Shown piece by piece: positions 1-13,084 of a DNA stretch of 64,000 nucleotides (the stretch's first letter is position 1; each line of letters starts with the position of its first letter). Made by a program: the position numbers and the translations under genes. This DNA is from Octopus bimaculoides (Eukaryota): positions 23,327,660 through 23,391,659 of the forward strand of contig NC_068985.1 of assembly GCF_001194135.2 (NCBI RefSeq). The letters are read 5' to 3'. The notes under the pieces were generated by a model. The model was not told the origin of the DNA and made no database searches. It was given only the letters and a program-made list of their open reading frames with translations.

Positions 1-481
1 TAACACCTATCACTTTTACAGAGTGTACTCATTGCTTTTATCATGGCACCAACACTACTGGGGTCACCAAGTAACATCCAAAACATAACCTTTTACACAG
101 TGGGGGTGCTATATTGAAGGAGGTGGCATTGTGCTAGGTATAGAGAGGTAAAAGTAGGAAAGAAGGAAGGACAGGGACATGTGTCTTATTGTAGAGGAGA
201 CACATAGGTGCCTCAGCAAGAAAGAGAGAAAGAATGCTGGACAATATAATCTTTGATATTCAGTTCAGTATTTTTGAAATCTTCTACAATACTTTTTATA
301 AATAAGTATTTTTTTAGCTGGTCACTTCATTACTTTATTTTGGTAAACTTTATGTCTTTAATCCTAAAGCTGCTGAGCAATAAATTCTTCCATATGTTAT
401 TTTTATCAAATTATGTCTTTTAATCTCCAGTTTTTATGTAATTGTGAACTACTTGAAACTTTTCTAAATAAGAATGATCAT

Positions 482-643
482 GGCGTAGGAGTGGCTGTGT
501 GGTAAGTAGCTTACTTACCAACCACATGGTCCCGGGTTCAGTCCCACTGTGTGGCATTTTGGGCAAGTGTCTTCTACTATAGCCTCGGGCCGACCAAAGC
601 CTTGTGAGTGGATTTGGTAGACGGAAACTGAAAGAAGCCTGTC

Positions 644-683
<40 letters not shown>

Positions 684-896
684 TTGTGCGTCTGTGTTTG
701 TCCCCCCAACATCGCTTGACAACCGATGCTGGTGTGTTTACGCCCCCATAACTTAGTGGTTCGGCAAAAGAGACTGATAGAATAAGTACTAGGCTTCCAA
801 AGAATAAGTCCTGGGGTCGATTTGCTCGACTAAAGGCGGTGCTCCAGCATGGCCACAGTCAAAAAGACTGAAACAAGTAAAAGAGTAAAAAGAGTA
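482..896 (+). mobile_element. tRNA-derived SINE, family A, near full-length
   Basis: Pol III A-box-like tggctgtgtgg and B-box-like ggttcagtcc, internal (TA)n, tail gactgaaacaagtaaaagagtaaaaagag; many homologous copies in the window. Confidence 0.85.
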
Positions 897-1420
897 TGGC
901 TGAAACTTTAATTTCCTGGCTAGGTTTTATTATGGGATCAATAATAATTATCAATCATGCATTGTAAAGGTTTCCATGTAGCTATTTTATTCGTAAATGG
1001 AGTTTAAAAAAAAATGAATAGATTAATACTTGAATATGTTGCTTAGTACCTAAGCTGTGTATAATATTAATGCCATTTTAAGATCATTTAACTATTTCAT
1101 ATATCTCATATCCTGTTTGTATATCATCACCACCGCCAATAAAACTGATTGGTCTGCTTATCTGTTAATCTTACTATATCTAGAGATTACTATCCTAATC
1201 ATAGTTCTATCATTCACCCTAACTATCTCAACTATGTAAAATAATTATTCCAGTGAGGGTATATCCAACTCTGTTACCAAACTTAGCTACCCAACAGTAT
1301 TTCCATTTATGCTTCTCTCCTGTGACCAGCCTGACTAATCTTACTACACGTTTTATTTTTTTATTGCAAATATTGACTTATGTTCTAACATCTCTCCTAC
1401 CTTTTCAACTCGACTTTTTA

Positions 1421-2694
1421 TTGGGTTGGAACAAAAATTTGTAGTGATTTTTTAATAGGTGGTGTTTAAACATATAATTTTGTTTCACATGTGATTGAAA
1501 TATACGACATGTATACATACTCTGATAGGTAACATTTCATGTCTTTCAATAGAATTCATGTGTGGATTGTGAGTTTTAAATATTTTTACATTAAAAATGA
1601 AGATTGAGGAAAATGAGATGCATTTTCATCATTTGATGCTCTTTTATTTCTAGAAAGGAAAAACACTGAACAAACAGCAAAAAAGATGTGCCATTTATGG
1701 AGATGGTGCCATACCTGAGATTACTGTTTGAAAGTGGTTTGCTTGGTTCAGTAGTGGAAATTTTGATCTGGAAGATTGAGAATCTTCCAGCAAGTCTGCA
1801 GCCATTGATGATGACAAATTATCTAGGTCACACTGTATGGGACATTGCAGAGATACTCTCTATATATCTCATATGAGCATTGTAAGGCATTTGAAAACAC
1901 TTGGATACGTGAATCATTACGATGTTTCAGTATCTCACGATTTAACAAGAAAAATGTTAATGGATTACATTTCCATCCACAATTTTCTGTTAAAACACAA
2001 CAAAAACAACCTGTATTTGAAAAGAACGATAACAGAGATTGGGAAATGAATTGTTTACCACAGTGTGAGTGAAAAAGATACTGAGGAAAATAAAATGAGC
2101 ACTGTTAACCAGTTCAAAAGCTGGTTGTATCTGAAGAAGGTGATGCTGTGTATCTGGTGGGGTTGGAAAGGCATTGTGTGTTACAAGTTCCTTCTGCAAA
2201 ATCAGATGTTGAATTCAGACAGGTATTACCTAATTTGACTGATTAAAGGTAGCAATTGATGAAAAGCAGCCAGGATTGACCATTCAGAAGGGTATCATTT
2301 TCCGTCAGGATAATACCTGATCTTGCTTCTCTTTGCTGACCCAGCAGAAATTGTTATAGCTTGGCTACCATGTCCTACCTTACTTATATTCATCTAACCT
2401 TGCAACTTTCAATTACTACTTATTTCAACCCCTACACAATTCTCTTAATGAGAAGGGCTTCAATTTACTGGCAGCCTGTGAAAACCACACAACAGTAAAT
2501 TACACAGAAAGATGTCAAGTTGTGGGAGGATGAAATAATGAGGGTGTTGCAAAGATGTTGAAAAGTAGTGGAACACAATGGCACATGTGTAGATGAATAA
2601 ATCTAAGTACAAATATCTAAATATTGTCTTTGAATTGCACATAAAAAGCCCTATGGATTTTTGTTCTGAAGTAATATTTTATTTGCCAACCCAA
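1421..2694 (+). mobile_element. Near full-length decayed mariner DNA transposon (about 1.27 kb)
   Basis: Left end TA|ttgggttggaac at 1421; right end gccaacccaa ending 2694. A second, more degenerate TIR-like match ends at about 2674 before a TA, so the right boundary is ambiguous. A transposase relic lies inside. Confidence 0.88.
1597..2600 (+). pseudogene. Disrupted mariner transposase
   Basis: Across frameshifts and stops it reads MKIEENEMHFHHLMLFYF*KGK..., SHMSIVRHLKTLGYVNHYDVSVSHDLT, IIFRQDNT and HVLPYLLYSSNLATFNYYLF. These correspond to the mariner HTH region, WVPHEL, the HDNARPH catalytic segment and HPPYSPDLAPSDY. Confidence 0.88.
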
Positions 2695-3504
2695 GACAAT
2701 GACTGAACTCCCTCATTATTATTCACATGCCAGATTCCTTCACAGATGACAAACTATTCTCCCTGTAAATAACTCTGCTTCACTGCCTCCTAAATTATCA
2801 CCAGCATGGATTTTGCTTGAATAAGTAATCCCAATGATAAAGAAGGAATATATTTTTGTTCAGAAATGTAAAATTGACAAATGTGAAATGAATGTAAAAA
2901 TGCACACCCATGCATATATTTCATCACTCAAATACAAGTAATATAATTGGAAGTTGAGCCTTCTTAGTATCTGTACCTGAAAGTTGGGGCTAATTATGAA
3001 ATGCTGTGTAAATAAATCTGGAAGGAGGAATTCCTCTCTTTTTTTTTTTCTGTGACAGTTTTGCATATTTGTTTATTTTTTTTTGTTCTACTAACCTAGT
3101 AAATTTTCTTGTAGACTTTTGTCACATATCTCAGCAGTATTCTAATTCTTCCACATTCTCCTAAGCTTGGAAAAAAAAAAATAAGGCAGATGTTGTAGGC
3201 TTTTGGTTTTGTTTGTTAAATACCACTTTGTGATATAGTGACTTCAGTTAAAGCATTATATATACACACACTTAAATTTATAAAGCAAGTATTTAAATAT
3301 TTGACAGTGAAACCATTTTCTAAATAAACTGTTGCTTCTTCATTGTTATTTGCTTTATGCTGTACCAAACTTCTCTCCTCTTTCATTCCGTGGTTAGATA
3401 TTCTAATATAGGAGTTAATAGATGTTTGTATATTGAGTAAATTGTAAAACAGCTGCATTGATTTTCGTTTGGTGCAGCTTTTCTATTTAGCTATATATTG
3501 CTTG

Positions 3505-3925
3505 TTTTCCATTTTGTTTTCGTTTTTTCCTTCTTCTGTCTCCTGCATTTCCTCCTCTTTGTTCTCTTCTACATTCCTTATTTTTTTCTCTCTTCCATCT
3601 TTTTCCTCCTTTCTTATCTCTACCTCTTTTACCTTCCTTTTTTTCTTTCTTTCTCCTTCCTTCCTTCATTTTTCCATTTTCTTCCTTCTTTCTGCCTATT
3701 TTTCTCTCTTTTCCTTTCTCCTTTTGTCTTCCTTCTCCTGTCTCTTCATCTATCTTCTCCCTATTCTTCTCTTTATTCCTTTTTTTTTTAATTCTCCTTT
3801 CCTTGTCTTCTCTCTTCTGTTATTTCTTCATCCTTTTTCTGCCTCTTTATTTTCCCTTTTTCTTCTTTTCATTTTCCTTTCCTTCCTTCAGCCTCCTCTT
3901 TCTTTTGACTCTATCCAAAGTTCCT
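3505..3925. repeat. Low-complexity polypyrimidine (C/T) tract, about 420 bp
   Basis: Almost purine-free on the plus strand; generates spurious F/L/S-rich and K/R/E-rich ORFs. Confidence 0.85.
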
Positions 3926-4830
3926 TAAAATTTTTTTTCTTGTTAATTTAACGATTTTAATGTAAATTCCTTCACCTCATATCTTTTTTTATTCCTCAAA
4001 TTATGACCTAAAATCTATTATTCTCTAAACTTTGGTTTATGATAAGAATTTGTGTTTACTCTCATTTGACTGGCATGAATATAAAAATGAAACTTCTTAG
4101 AATTGTGCTCTTTTTTTTAATATAATGTATTTAAAATTTTTTGAATTTTTATCTGAGTCTTTGCATTAAAAAATAAAGAAATATCTAAATTAGTATGATA
4201 CAACAAGCCTTAAATCACCAAACATTTAACCATAAAAAAACCCCTCAAAAAACTTATCATTCAGTCCTTTCATATATTCTACAGGAAACACCAGGACAAA
4301 ACTTACTTTTACAAACAATAATTTATTCTAATATTATCAATATTTTCTTGGAGGATTTTTTATCTTGAAATATTCTGTCCAATAGGATTGACTTTCTTCT
4401 GGATTACTAATACATACACATCATATTGTTTTCATAAACACTACTATGTTGAAATTCTTTCATTTTTCCTTCTTTTCCATTTTCTTATCTCCTCTTTGAT
4501 TTGACCCTTGCAATATTCTGATAAATTGTAAAGAATTCATTTTACAAACTTGATTTAAAAGTGAATTGGGAAATTTAATCCTTAGTAATTTATTTATTTC
4601 AAAAAGAGAAGAAAATACTTTTTAGGCAATTTATTTATTATAAAATTTGCCATAGATTGCCTCTTTGTATCTAATTCCAGAAAACAACTGGAAAATTGCT
4701 GTGAAAGTGCACATTTTTGGTTGTATATCATTAGCAGTAAGTAACAAGTAGGTAAATGGAGTTAAATTTTAAACTTATTTCATATTTTCATTTGAATAAT
4801 TTAAGATTATTTGACAGTGAGTACAACGAC

Positions 4831-4871
<41 letters not shown>
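4831..4871. repeat. (AAT)n microsatellite
   Basis: Direct reading. Confidence 0.95.
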
Positions 4872-4872
<1 letters not shown>

Positions 4873-5627
4873 GATTAATATAAAGAAGTTATTTTTAACT
4901 AAGTTTTCTCATTTACTCTCCAAGACTAGTAGTACACAGTTACACTGTGCTACTAGCCTTATGTGTTTAAAACCTATTTTAAACTGCTCATAGTTATGTG
5001 CTGGAGGGAAAATATGTATAAACACAAACCTCTGTTTGGAGAGATGTTGCTAGTGTATTGTTAGTTAAGACAAAAATGGCTGGTCAGAATAGATTAAAAT
5101 AAAATAGGACTTTATTAAGAATGTTCAGAAGAAATGATATAAAGACCAATTAAGGGTTATGGATTATTTCTTTGATAACGAATCGAATGCAGCTTTTAAA
5201 AAATGGTTGATAATATTTTGGTTGGCTATTTCACAGATTTGGTAGATGTTAATTCAGGCTGATCTGGTTTATCATATACATAACCATCCTAGCTGAACAT
5301 AATGTTTGTATAGATATTTGTATAAGATAGGTCAGTCTCTGATAATATTATAGTGGACTTCATTTTTTGAATTGGAGACCATTCTTTACAGTTAGTAAGT
5401 GGGTCATTCTTAAATCCTTCATCTGAATTCATGTAGTTGTATTTCTTTAAGTTTTCATAATGTTATGATAATCCAGTTAGGTTTTCCGAGACAGAAAAAT
5501 TAAATTTTTGAACTTAATTTTGCATATGATTGTACTGAAATCTCATATTTACAAGTAATTTTAGGAAGATTGATGTTAAACCTTCCTAAAATAATAAATG
5601 ATTATGATATATATCTGCCTCTATTGT

Positions 5628-5663
5628 CATCACCACCACCACCACCACCACCATCATCATCAT
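5628..5663. repeat. (CAC)n(CAT)n microsatellite
   Basis: Direct reading; source of the spurious poly-His ORF. Confidence 0.95.
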
Positions 5664-6011
5664 ATTTTTTTAGCATCAAAAACTTGCCACTACTTAAGGG
5701 CTCTTGTCATCTACTTTGTAAGGCTTAGTGTTTTGAGATTATCATTCATTATTTCTGTTCCTACACATTCCTACTATTTGGATTGCTTGGCACTTCTTTG
5801 CCTGACTGTCATCCTTCATATACTTCACATATTTGTACTAGCACAATGCCTTTTGTACCCACCATAACTGATTTTACTGTGGCTCATCTAATTCTCTCTT
5901 TGCTCATTTGTGTTCCACCATTTTATGCATACTAACATTCCACATTCAGCAGAATCCGCTCTCTTCATTTCTTTCTAGCATTTGCACATTCTTTGCATCT
6001 AGTGTATTTAT

Positions 6012-6168
6012 TCTTTCAGTTTTTGTTTCCCAAATCCACTGTCAAGGGCTTTAGTTGGCCCAGGGCTATAGTAGAAGACACTTGCCCAAGGTGCCATGCA
6101 GTGGGCCTGGAGTCAAAACCATGTGGATGAGGTAGCAAACCTCTCAACCACACGACTACATGTTCCTG
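6012..6168 (-). mobile_element. SINE family A, 5' half
   Basis: Reverse complement of the 482-640 head. Confidence 0.75.
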
Positions 6169-6789
6169 ACAATTGTTTATTTGCCTGAGATTATCATTCT
6201 TTTTCATGTAGTGGCATTTGCAATTGCTGCTAGATACCAGCTTAATAATCTCTTGAAGCAAAGATAATTTCAATAAATCAAGAATTTAGTATATCTTTCT
6301 TTCATTGTTGTTATTCCAGTGCATGCCACTGGCCTCTCTGGCAGTATTTATTCCAGCTTCTAACAACTGCCAGTTCAGCTGCACAGAGACACTGAAAAAG
6401 GTGGAATATTTAACTGAAGGCAGTTTTCCAACATGTCTTTGATTATGATATATAAAACCACTTAAAGAACTTGACAAAATTTTAATAATTAAAATTAAAA
6501 ATCCAATGTAAAATTATACATGATCTAAACTAATGTAAAAACCAATCAGTACATGCAAACAGGTCCAGACAAACATGCATGTGTATGTTTGTTATTATTC
6601 TCGAGGCCAGCCTTGATTAAACAGACCTATGATGAGAAGCATTTCAACTAGAATTATCTTGTTTTCAAACATATCCTATCTTGGATTTCATAAACCAACA
6701 TCTCCTTTTTTAAGACAATACAAATATGAAGTAAGGAACAGTCGGGTGCTGTTTCTTAAGGGTTAAACAACCTTACAAACAACCTATAT

Positions 6790-8560
6790 TGTGTTGGACT
6801 TACTGTTAGAATTCAAAAGCCAGTGGCATTACTAGCTATACACTAATATATATATATAATCATTTGTAGAAATACATAGCTCTATCTGGAAGAGAAGCAC
6901 ACTCTAAGATGTGGAGCTCGTGGTTTCTGTTAAATAGCTGACCAGTGCAGCACTTCTACATATTTTATGGAAGCCATGGGTCTTCCATAAATGTGGAACA
7001 ATTTGTTATATATATATATCACTAATCAGTCCATTATCACTCTTCAGCAATGGCTAGCCACTAAAAACAGTACATTTCTGTCTGTCTATTATTAACTGCA
7101 TGGACACTTTTAATGACAAAATAAATTAACACTCTTTTGGTGGATTCTTACTTTTTCTCTGATATGACAATATTTGATGAAAGTCATCCACCCTTACATT
7201 CTGGACTGTTTTACTCAGCACTTCAACTTCTGCAAGACCATCTTGCAAACCATAAAGTGTGTTCTGTGTATTACAGTACTCAAGCTCTTCCATATCTCAA
7301 ACTGCAGCAGATATTTTTGTTTCTTTACTAAAATGATCTCTGCTAACTTTGTAGGATCTTTTTTTTTCTCCACTTCTGAAATATGTTGCTTCTGTGAGTA
7401 ATATTCCTGTTGAGTTTTCCCCACATTTTCTACCTGTTTTGCATCTAACTCTACACTAAACACCATAACACTCCAAGTGCAATAGTATCTCTGCTTGTTT
7501 AAAACCAACAAGGCAACCAACCGTAACATTGTTTCTTCCTTTACACTCAAACAATGTTTCTTGGAGCTATTCCTTATCTTTACCAAACTCCTGTCTCTCA
7601 TTCCCATTACCCATGTAGGGAAACCCCTCTGATCCTGACACCTATTTTCCTATCACTTCCAACATCTCAAAGGTGATAGTGACAATTCTTAATCAATGAT
7701 CACCAGAATAGTTTTCATAAAGGCGTACTCTGTTATGTCATTCACCAGTGGGCTTCCATGTTTCAGAAATTTGGTGCAAACATTTTGTTGCCCCCAAATT
7801 AGCTAAGTTTCAACCTTGTCTGAAACAATCACTTGACAAAACTGTCTGCCATTCATTCTTCTCTTGGATTATTAGCTTCTGATCAGATCTCATTATTATG
7901 GTTTGCTGATGGAGTTCTCTCTGATCTACACTTTATCAAAAGAGCTCTCAGGGTTCTAGTTCGTCTTCACACTGGTTACATGAACAGAGATCTCAAAAAC
8001 ATCAACGGCTCAAAGACATAATCACTGCACATATGAAGAAAACATTATCATAGCTCCCCTTCTCCCAATACAAACAGCAAGTTTATATTGTTAATATATA
8101 TGTTAAATAAGCCTCACCATCACTGATGATGTCTCCTTCATCACAATCTCAACATAGCCAGGACTGTGTCGCAAAGACTGTCCTAACTCCTAATGTTTGT
8201 GTACAGTATTGCTTCCATATCTAGGATGGTACTGCTGCTATACATGCAGATGTCTTTGAGCCTGCATCCAAAGCTACTTATCTTATTGATATGAAGCCAC
8301 TCATCTACACACCCTACAAAAGTGCTATCTCCTTTCTCTAACTTTTCTAATGTTACTGTAGTAGCCCCTGCTCCTTGGTGCTGGGTGATCTTGTGCCACT
8401 CCCCTTCAAACAGCTCTAACTCTTTCATCATCCATATTGTGTCCACTCACCCCAGGCTCTGCACTAACCACTATGCCTTATACATTCTTCCTAAATCATT
8501 AACTCTATACTTAAATGCCTTCCATTCATAGATACACTCCATATTGCCCTTCTATGGTTT
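6790..8560 (+). mobile_element. Decayed non-LTR retrotransposon (CR1/L2-group LINE) ORF2 fragment
   Basis: Plus-strand relic motifs: FASNSTLN (7438-7461), LKTNKAT...LKQC, NPSDPDTYFPI (about 7622-7654), DHQNSFHKG (7698-7724), KLSAIH...DGVLSD, and IQS/KATYLID near 8265. The 5' boundary is approximate. Confidence 0.75.
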
Positions 8561-8784
8561 GGTCAGTTTGATTGCGCTGAGCCAAATGTTAACTGTTTCT
8601 GTAGAATGAGTTAATGTTTTCAGCTGGGATGCCCTTTTGTATAACTATGATTTCTATCTTGAAGTTCCCCACCTTTTACCAGATATTACTTGATAGTGTA
8701 TGATATGAGGTTTAAAACAATTATTTGCAAGTTTCTAATATAGAAGTGTAGCTATTCATAGTGTTATATGCTTAGTAGCAGGCA

Positions 8785-8905
8785 TAGTTGCTTTGGTCAG
8801 CCCGTGGCTACAGTAGAAAACACTTGTTCAAGGTGCCATGCAGTGGGACTGAACCTGGAACCATGTGGTTGGGAAGCAAGTTTCTTACCACACAACCATG
8901 CCTGT
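8785..8905 (-). mobile_element. SINE family A head
   Basis: ctacagtagaaaacacttgttcaaggtgccatgcagtgggactgaacctggaaccatgtgg matches the family A head in reverse. Confidence 0.75.
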
Positions 8906-8989
8906 GTGGAGACTTTTTTTTGAGCTCCTTTTCTATTGAGAAAGGATTGGGAAAGTGTTCAATGTAGACCCTGAGAGAAGAATAAGACA

Positions 8990-9560
8990 TGGTAAAAGTG
9001 ACAAGAAGTGAGATCGGTGTGCCTGGATAGAGGGAGTATGCAGCTGAGTAATTCAGAGGAGCTGAGGCTTTTCAGAAAAAGAGACTACAAGTCTGTGAGC
9101 TAGTGGTTTTGGCATGTTAGTGAGTCAATTGGCTGAAGGCCTATTTTTTTAATTATTTTTTTGATTTATTCTTGAATATTTGTGTGTGTAGCAACAGCAT
9201 TGTCTTGGTAACTAATCAAGGCTGAAGTATTTTCTGGCTGTGCAGAGGGAAGAAAATTCATGGAATACATTTTTTATCAAGGATTTATATGTTGTCATGA
9301 AAGATTGTCAGAAACTGTGAGGTCCAGCATTTGTAATGATTTTAAAATGTTTGTGTGTTGTAAAGGGATTGGGGTTTAAGACTGTTCTTGGGAGTGGGAC
9401 ACTCAGTGATTTTGTCTTTGTGTTGTTGAAGGCGACTAAATTGTCATGTTCTCATTGAAGAATGTTTTCGAGGTCAGATATTCACGAAGTCTAGTGTGAG
9501 GTGTCTAGGCTGCATGTGGATGACAGCTTGTGTGCAGATGGTTAAGAGTAGTATCAGCTA
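8990..9560 (-). mobile_element. CR1/L2-group LINE RT 3' fragment
   Basis: Minus strand reads SDLENILQ*EHDNLVAFNNTKT (9413-9478) and DLTVSDNLS*QHI, which are post-YADD RT motifs. Boundaries are approximate. Confidence 0.65.
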
Positions 9561-9564
9561 CATG

Positions 9565-9567
<3 letters not shown>

Positions 9568-9613
<46 letters not shown>
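9568..9613. repeat. (GT)n microsatellite
   Basis: Direct reading. Confidence 0.95.
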
Positions 9614-9614
<1 letters not shown>

Positions 9615-9894
9615 AAGCTTGAAGTAACAAAAAGTAAGTAAAATGTAGGAGACTAACGGAATTTTGAGGTTGTGTTGGTGAGAATTTTATTTTGCAACCT
9701 TTTAGTTTTGGGTTCAGTCCTATTCTTTGATACTTTGAACATGTTTTCTACAGTAGCCTTAAGGTGAAAGTAAAATTTGTTACACACAAACTACAAAAGC
9801 ACATCGTACACACATACATACACACACTAGGTACATTCTAATAAGCTATTTAAAATATGAATTGATAAGTATTGCCTGAGCTGGAAAAAGGTCT

Positions 9895-10457
9895 GATCTT
9901 TTTTAAAACGGGGGCCATATTTTTCATTAACGAAACACTTTGAAACTTGGAACACTGGTAGAATGTGTCATATAAAACATCTTTTTCTCTTAGTCTTCTT
10001 AAAAAAAAAGAAGAAATCCATAAGTTATTCCATGTTAAAGTCGTCGTATTTCTGTAATTTCAACCAATCACTGACGTCCATTCAGCCGATATACATTAAG
10101 TGCCGACTACATAAACAAACGATTCTGAAACAATTAACCCTAACCCTAACCTTAGGGTTAGGGTTAAAGCAAATTTAAAATGAAAAAAGCAAATAAAACG
10201 AAGGTATGGAGATTAAATACGCTTTACATCGCTTAATCAGCCAAAGGAGTAAATGTAAACAACTGAATACTTGTCAGTGATTGGTTGAAATTATCGAAAT
10301 AAGACAATTTTTTACATGAAATAAATTCGAATACAAAAATATTTTTCTGTTCTATAACACAAAATAGATAAGTATATGAAGTTTGAAAGTCTTTCCGTAC
10401 CAAAAACACTATGTAAAACATTAATGAAAAATGTGGCCCCCGTTTTAAAATAGATCC
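9895..10457. mobile_element. Non-autonomous Mutator-like (MULE) MITE, 563 bp, with 9-bp TSD
   Basis: Direct repeat aaaaggtct at 9886-9894 and 10458-10466. The 36-bp TIR gatct(t/a)ttttaaaacgggggcca(t/c)atttttcattaa has 2 mismatches. A perfect 21-bp inner inverted repeat lies at 10055-10075 and 10273-10293. A 9-bp TSD with long TIRs is typical of Mutator. Confidence 0.8.
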
Positions 10458-10564
10458 AAAAGGTCTTACATCTACGTGTTATATCTGTGTATGTTGAAGA
10501 GAAAAATCATGTTGCATTGTTTCATAAAAAAATGCTACGTCATAATCATCACAATCATTTTAAT

Positions 10565-10712
10565 GTCGGTTTGGCAAAAGAAACCGATAGAATAAGTGCC
10601 AGGCTTATAAAAAAAGATGTGTACTAGGTTTGACACATTCAACTAAAAATTCTTCAAGGCTGTTCCCCAGCATGGCTGCAGTCAAATGACTGAAACAAGT
10701 AAAAGATAAAAG
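10565..10712 (+). mobile_element. SINE family A, 3' half
   Basis: ggtttggcaaaagaaaccgatagaataagt...cagcatggctgcagtcaaatgactgaaacaagtaaaag matches 755-890. Confidence 0.75.
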
Positions 10713-11357
10713 AAGCTGTTCAGAAAGTACCACAGGCTGCAGTTAGCTCATGATTGGCTTAAAGAGAAAGTTCTTCACACTTGGTTTACACTCTACATGT
10801 GTGTGGTGGTGCGATTGTAGAGTGAGGAAGTCTTTGTATACATTTCACAAAACCAGTTTCAATGTAGATTTGGAACCAAAGTGAGCAGCAAATGTAGTCT
10901 TTTCAAATGACATCCTACTTACAGAATCATCTTGGCTATGAAATGTCAGGCTGAAATGGTCTGCAAAGCTGGTTGTGATCCTCTTTGTCAGGGACAAAAA
11001 GTTCTGTTGCAGTTTTGCAGATGAGAGAGTTTTCAGGCTGATGTTTGTCTTGCAGGCATTGCAGTGGTGACTAAAAATTTCCCATATGATGATGATGATG
11101 ATGATGGCGGTGGTGGTGGTTGTACATGATTCCCTTCAGGTATAATAGGCAGTGTTCTTCATCTGTACTGCTATAGTAAGACTGTAAGTAATCCTTTTGG
11201 GATTTTGTGAGGCATATGAAGGGATTTAACTCTTAGAATGGTATTGGTCACTCAGTTGTTCCCGTTTGAGAGAGGGGGATCAAAATGGTTATGAACAATA
11301 GTAAGCATAGAGAGCTGGTTTTAAGTGTCATTTTCATATCTGAGATTGTAATTCTAT

Positions 11358-11935
11358 TCTTTCTTTTATTCTTTTATTCGTTTCAGTCATTTTGACTGCG
11401 GCCATGCTGGAGCACCGCCTTTAGTTGAGCAAATTGACCCCAGAACTTATTCTTTGTAAGCCTAATACTTATGTTATCGGTCTCTTATGCTGAACCGCTA
11501 AGCTACAGAGACGTAAACACACCAGCATCGATGTCAAGCGATGTTGGGGGGGGGGGGCACAATCATATACACACACATACATATACAACAGGCTTCTTTC
11601 AGTTTCCGTCTACCAAATCCACTCACAAGACTTTGGTCGACCTGAGGCTATAGTAGAAGACACTTGCCCAAGGTCCCACACAGTAGGACTGAACCTGGAA
11701 CCATGTGGTTGGTTAGCAAGCTACTTACCACACAACCACTCCTGCACCTGTAAGGTGAGATTTTAGATAAAATCCACTCACAAGGCTTTGATCAGCCCAA
11801 ATCCACTCACAAGGCTTTGGTTGGCCCAAGACTATAGTAGAAGACACTTGCTCAAGGTGCCACGCAGTGGGACTGAACCTGGAACCATGTGGTTGGTTAG
11901 CAAGCTACTTACCACACAGCCACTTCTGCGCCTGT
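11358..11935 (-). mobile_element. SINE family A, full copy plus tandemly duplicated head
   Basis: Reverse-complement match to 482-896; head repeated at about 11799-11935. Confidence 0.85.
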
Positions 11936-12900
11936 AAGGTAAGATTTTAGATAAAATTGACTGCTATTTATAGTAAATTGAGTGACCACATCTTTATTGA
12001 CTTATATAGTCAAAGATGTTTAGAATGCTGGTCTGTCAATCAGTGATATTAGTAAATGAGTATACTGTCTAGTGCAGATTGTTTAGTACGATAAAGAATT
12101 TAGTCTTTGTCACCATTAGAAGTATTGGTCATTGTATTGAAATCTTTGGGGATGATACCTTCAGAGAGTTGAATCAACTAAGAAACTGCATTGTGGTCAT
12201 TCAAAAGCTAGAAATTGCAGTCAAATCTTCCTCAAAACATATCCTATTTCTTTCAAAACCCTAAATGCACCTTAATACTATTTTTACTCCCGAAAGTTGG
12301 GTGATCATGATTAGAAAATTTTTTTATAAATCTGCTGAAGCAGAGCTGATCTGGGACTAAACCAGAGCTGATCTGGGACTAAACCATAAAGACATTTGAA
12401 AGAAGTGAGATAGGTGAACTAAGATTATTATTTGGAATGTTGAGTGTTAATATTTCATTGTGTGAGTGTGTGTGCATCAGTACCCATAATTTGGCAGAAT
12501 TGGTAGAACATTGAATAAAATATTCTATGGTTTTTAGCTGTGTACCTTTATGTTATGAATTCCAATCATGTCAAGATCAGCTTTGTCTTTTAGGCGTTTG
12601 AAGTTGATAAAAAATAAGTACCAGTTAAATATCAGAATTGGTGCGATTGATTGTTCCCCACCCCCACATACTTGTGGCCTTGTGCCTAAGAAGTCACTAT
12701 TATTACTCTCTGCAGCCTCCCCAAATTGTGCATCCCTGTTCCCTCATCTTCTCCAATCTTTATAGATGTTGCTTACTTCCTTCTCCCGCTTCCCCATACA
12801 CTCTTGAAAGCCTCCACTCTCCCCACCAACTTCTACCCCTGCTAGCTGAAGTGCCACTTGGACATCACCACTGTCTGTCTCCTTGGAGATACCTCTAATC

Positions 12901-12903
<3 letters not shown>

Positions 12904-12984
<81 letters not shown>
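12904..12984. repeat. (CT)n microsatellite, about 80 bp
   Basis: Direct reading. Confidence 0.95.
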
Positions 12985-12988
<4 letters not shown>

Positions 12989-13084
12989 TGTGAATAGTCA
13001 TGTAGCTTCTCTCTCCAACCTCATACCTTAATCCTCATCTAACATACGGATGTTGCATCCTTCCTTCCTGAGTTTGTTGTCTTG

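Noticed and set aside
482-560. tRNA gene-like A/B boxes
   Set aside because: No cloverleaf; it is the head of a multicopy SINE.
3469-3951. 160-aa ORF and overlapping ORFs that look like membrane or basic proteins
   Set aside because: Translation of a low-complexity C/T tract; no splice or homology support.
4880-5560. Possible Penelope-like element on the minus strand next to (AAT)n
   Set aside because: Only faint resemblance (an LCL segment); cannot be supported without a profile search.
5598-5867. Poly-His ORF
   Set aside because: Produced by a (CAC/CAT)n microsatellite.
7215-7607. 130-aa minus-strand ORF, first suspected to be an RTE fragment
   Set aside because: The opposite strand carries clear CR1-group motifs (FASNSTL, LKTNKAT), so this ORF is an antisense shadow.
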